Both the position numbers and the translations under genes were made by a program. A DNA stretch of 32,000 bases, taken from contig NC_006576.1 in assembly GCF_000010065.1 (NCBI RefSeq), positions 2,640,001-2,672,000 on the forward strand, written 5' to 3'. Of this stretch, positions 30,954 to 32,000 are shown in pieces; the first letter of the stretch is position 1; each line of letters starts with the position of its first letter. The notes beneath the pieces were generated by a model. That model did not search any database. It worked only from the letters and a program-made list of their open reading frames with translations, and was not told the origin of the DNA. Source of the DNA: Synechococcus elongatus PCC 6301 (lineage in GTDB: Bacteria > Cyanobacteriota > Cyanobacteriia > Synechococcales > Synechococcaceae).

Positions 30954-32000
30954 ATGGCTGAGCAAACGCAACTCGCTCCCGCTGCCTTCCATTTACCTGA
31001 TCTCGTTGCCATTCAACGGAACAGCTTCCGTTGGTTCCTAGAAGAAGGGCTCATTGAGGAGCTGGAAAGCTTTTCACCAATCACCGACTATACCGGTAAG
31101 CTTGAGCTTCACTTCCTCGGTAAGCAGTATAAGCTCAAGCGCCCGAAGTACGACGTTGATGAAGCAAAACGGCGTGACGGCACCTACTCGGTTCAAATGT
31201 ATGTGCCGACCCGTTTGATCAACAAAGAAACGGGCGAAATCAAGGAGCAGGAAGTCTTTATTGGCGATCTGCCCCTGATGACTGATCGCGGCACCTTCAT
31301 CATCAACGGTGCCGAACGGGTGATCGTCAACCAGATCGTCCGTAGCCCCGGCGTCTACTACAAATCAGAGCGCGACAAGAACGGTCGCCTCACCCACAAT
31401 GCCAGCCTGATCCCCAACCGTGGCGCTTGGCTGAAATTTGAAACCGATAAAAACGGTTTAGTTTGGGTGCGCATCGACAAGACGCGTAAGTTGTCGGCGC
31501 AGGTACTGCTGAAAGCCTTGGGCCTGAGCGACAACGAAATTTACGACAAGCTCCGTCACCCTGAGTATTACCAGAAGACCATCGATAAAGAAGGTCAGTT
31601 CAGCGAAGACGAAGCGCTGATGGAGCTCTACCGCAAGCTCCGTCCGGGCGAACCGCCCACGGTCTCTGGCGGTCAGCAATTGCTGGAATCGCGGTTCTTC
31701 GATCCCAAACGCTACGACCTAGGTCGGGTGGGCCGCTACAAGCTCAATAAGAAGCTGGGTCTCAACGTCGCTGATACGGTGCGGACGCTGACATCCGAAG
31801 ATATTTTGGCGGCGATCGACTACCTGATTAACCTCGAGCTTGACTTGGGTGGCTGTGAAGTCGATGACATCGACCACCTCGGCAACCGTCGGGTGCGATC
31901 GGTGGGCGAGCTGCTGCAAAACCAAGTGCGGGTCGGCCTCAACCGCCTAGAGCGGATCATTCGGGAACGGATGACGGTGTCGGATTCCGACAGTCTTTCG
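30954..32000 (+). CDS. rpoB: DNA-directed RNA polymerase subunit beta, 5' part (truncated at window end)
   Basis: My translation from ATG 30954 reads [37 protein letters not shown]...[33 protein letters not shown], open to the window edge. Absent from the ORF track because no stop is reached. Confidence 0.97.
   Translation, partial: MAEQTQLAPAAFHLPDLVAIQRNSFRWFLEEGLIEELESFSPITDYTGKLELHFLGKQYKLKRPKYDVDEAKRRDGTYSVQMYVPTRLINKETGEIKEQEVFIGDLPLMTDRGTFIINGAERVIVNQIVRSPGVYYKSERDKNGRLTHNASLIPNRGAWLKFETDKNGLVWVRIDKTRKLSAQVLLKALGLSDNEIYDKLRHPEYYQKTIDKEGQFSEDEALMELYRKLRPGEPPTVSGGQQLLESRFFDPKRYDLGRVGRYKLNKKLGLNVADTVRTLTSEDILAAIDYLINLELDLGGCEVDDIDHLGNRRVRSVGELLQNQVRVGLNRLERIIRERMTVSDSDSLS

Overview
This 32 kb window reads as chromosomal housekeeping DNA from a freshwater unicellular cyanobacterium. 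I recognise it as very probably Synechococcus elongatus (PCC 7942/6301 type), from the protein sequences, the gene order and the abundant HIP1 octamer GCGATCGC. This identification is from memory; no search was run. In order, the window holds: the 3' end of a bicarbonate ABC transporter operon (cmpD); a DUF2227-like protein; a MazG-family pyrophosphohydrolase; a minus-strand run (DUF3153-like, TPR-like, argB, DUF2854-like); ferredoxin petF; prmA; serA; an S4-domain protein; a DUF2252 protein; leuB; a TerB-like protein; tRNA-Val(GAC); lipA; a secreted repeat protein; mnmA; sigF; a SRPBCC-like protein; zds; dxr; an RluE-like pseudouridine synthase; a PP2C phosphatase; a histidine phosphatase; a histidine kinase with an apparently degenerate ATP-binding domain; a UvrD-like helicase; hisD; rpsT; a TatD-family nuclease; and the 5' part of rpoB. 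I found no CRISPR array, transposase, prophage or obvious defence island, and no convincing new multi-gene system. The observations most worth following up are: (1) the PP2C / histidine phosphatase / degenerate histidine kinase group at 22.6-25.5 kb; (2) the DUF2252 gene, whose central ~750 bp are AT-richer and HIP1-free, with two hairpins in its leader; (3) a ~730 bp AT-rich intergenic region at 13.74-14.47 kb carrying three TTTATAAAT copies.
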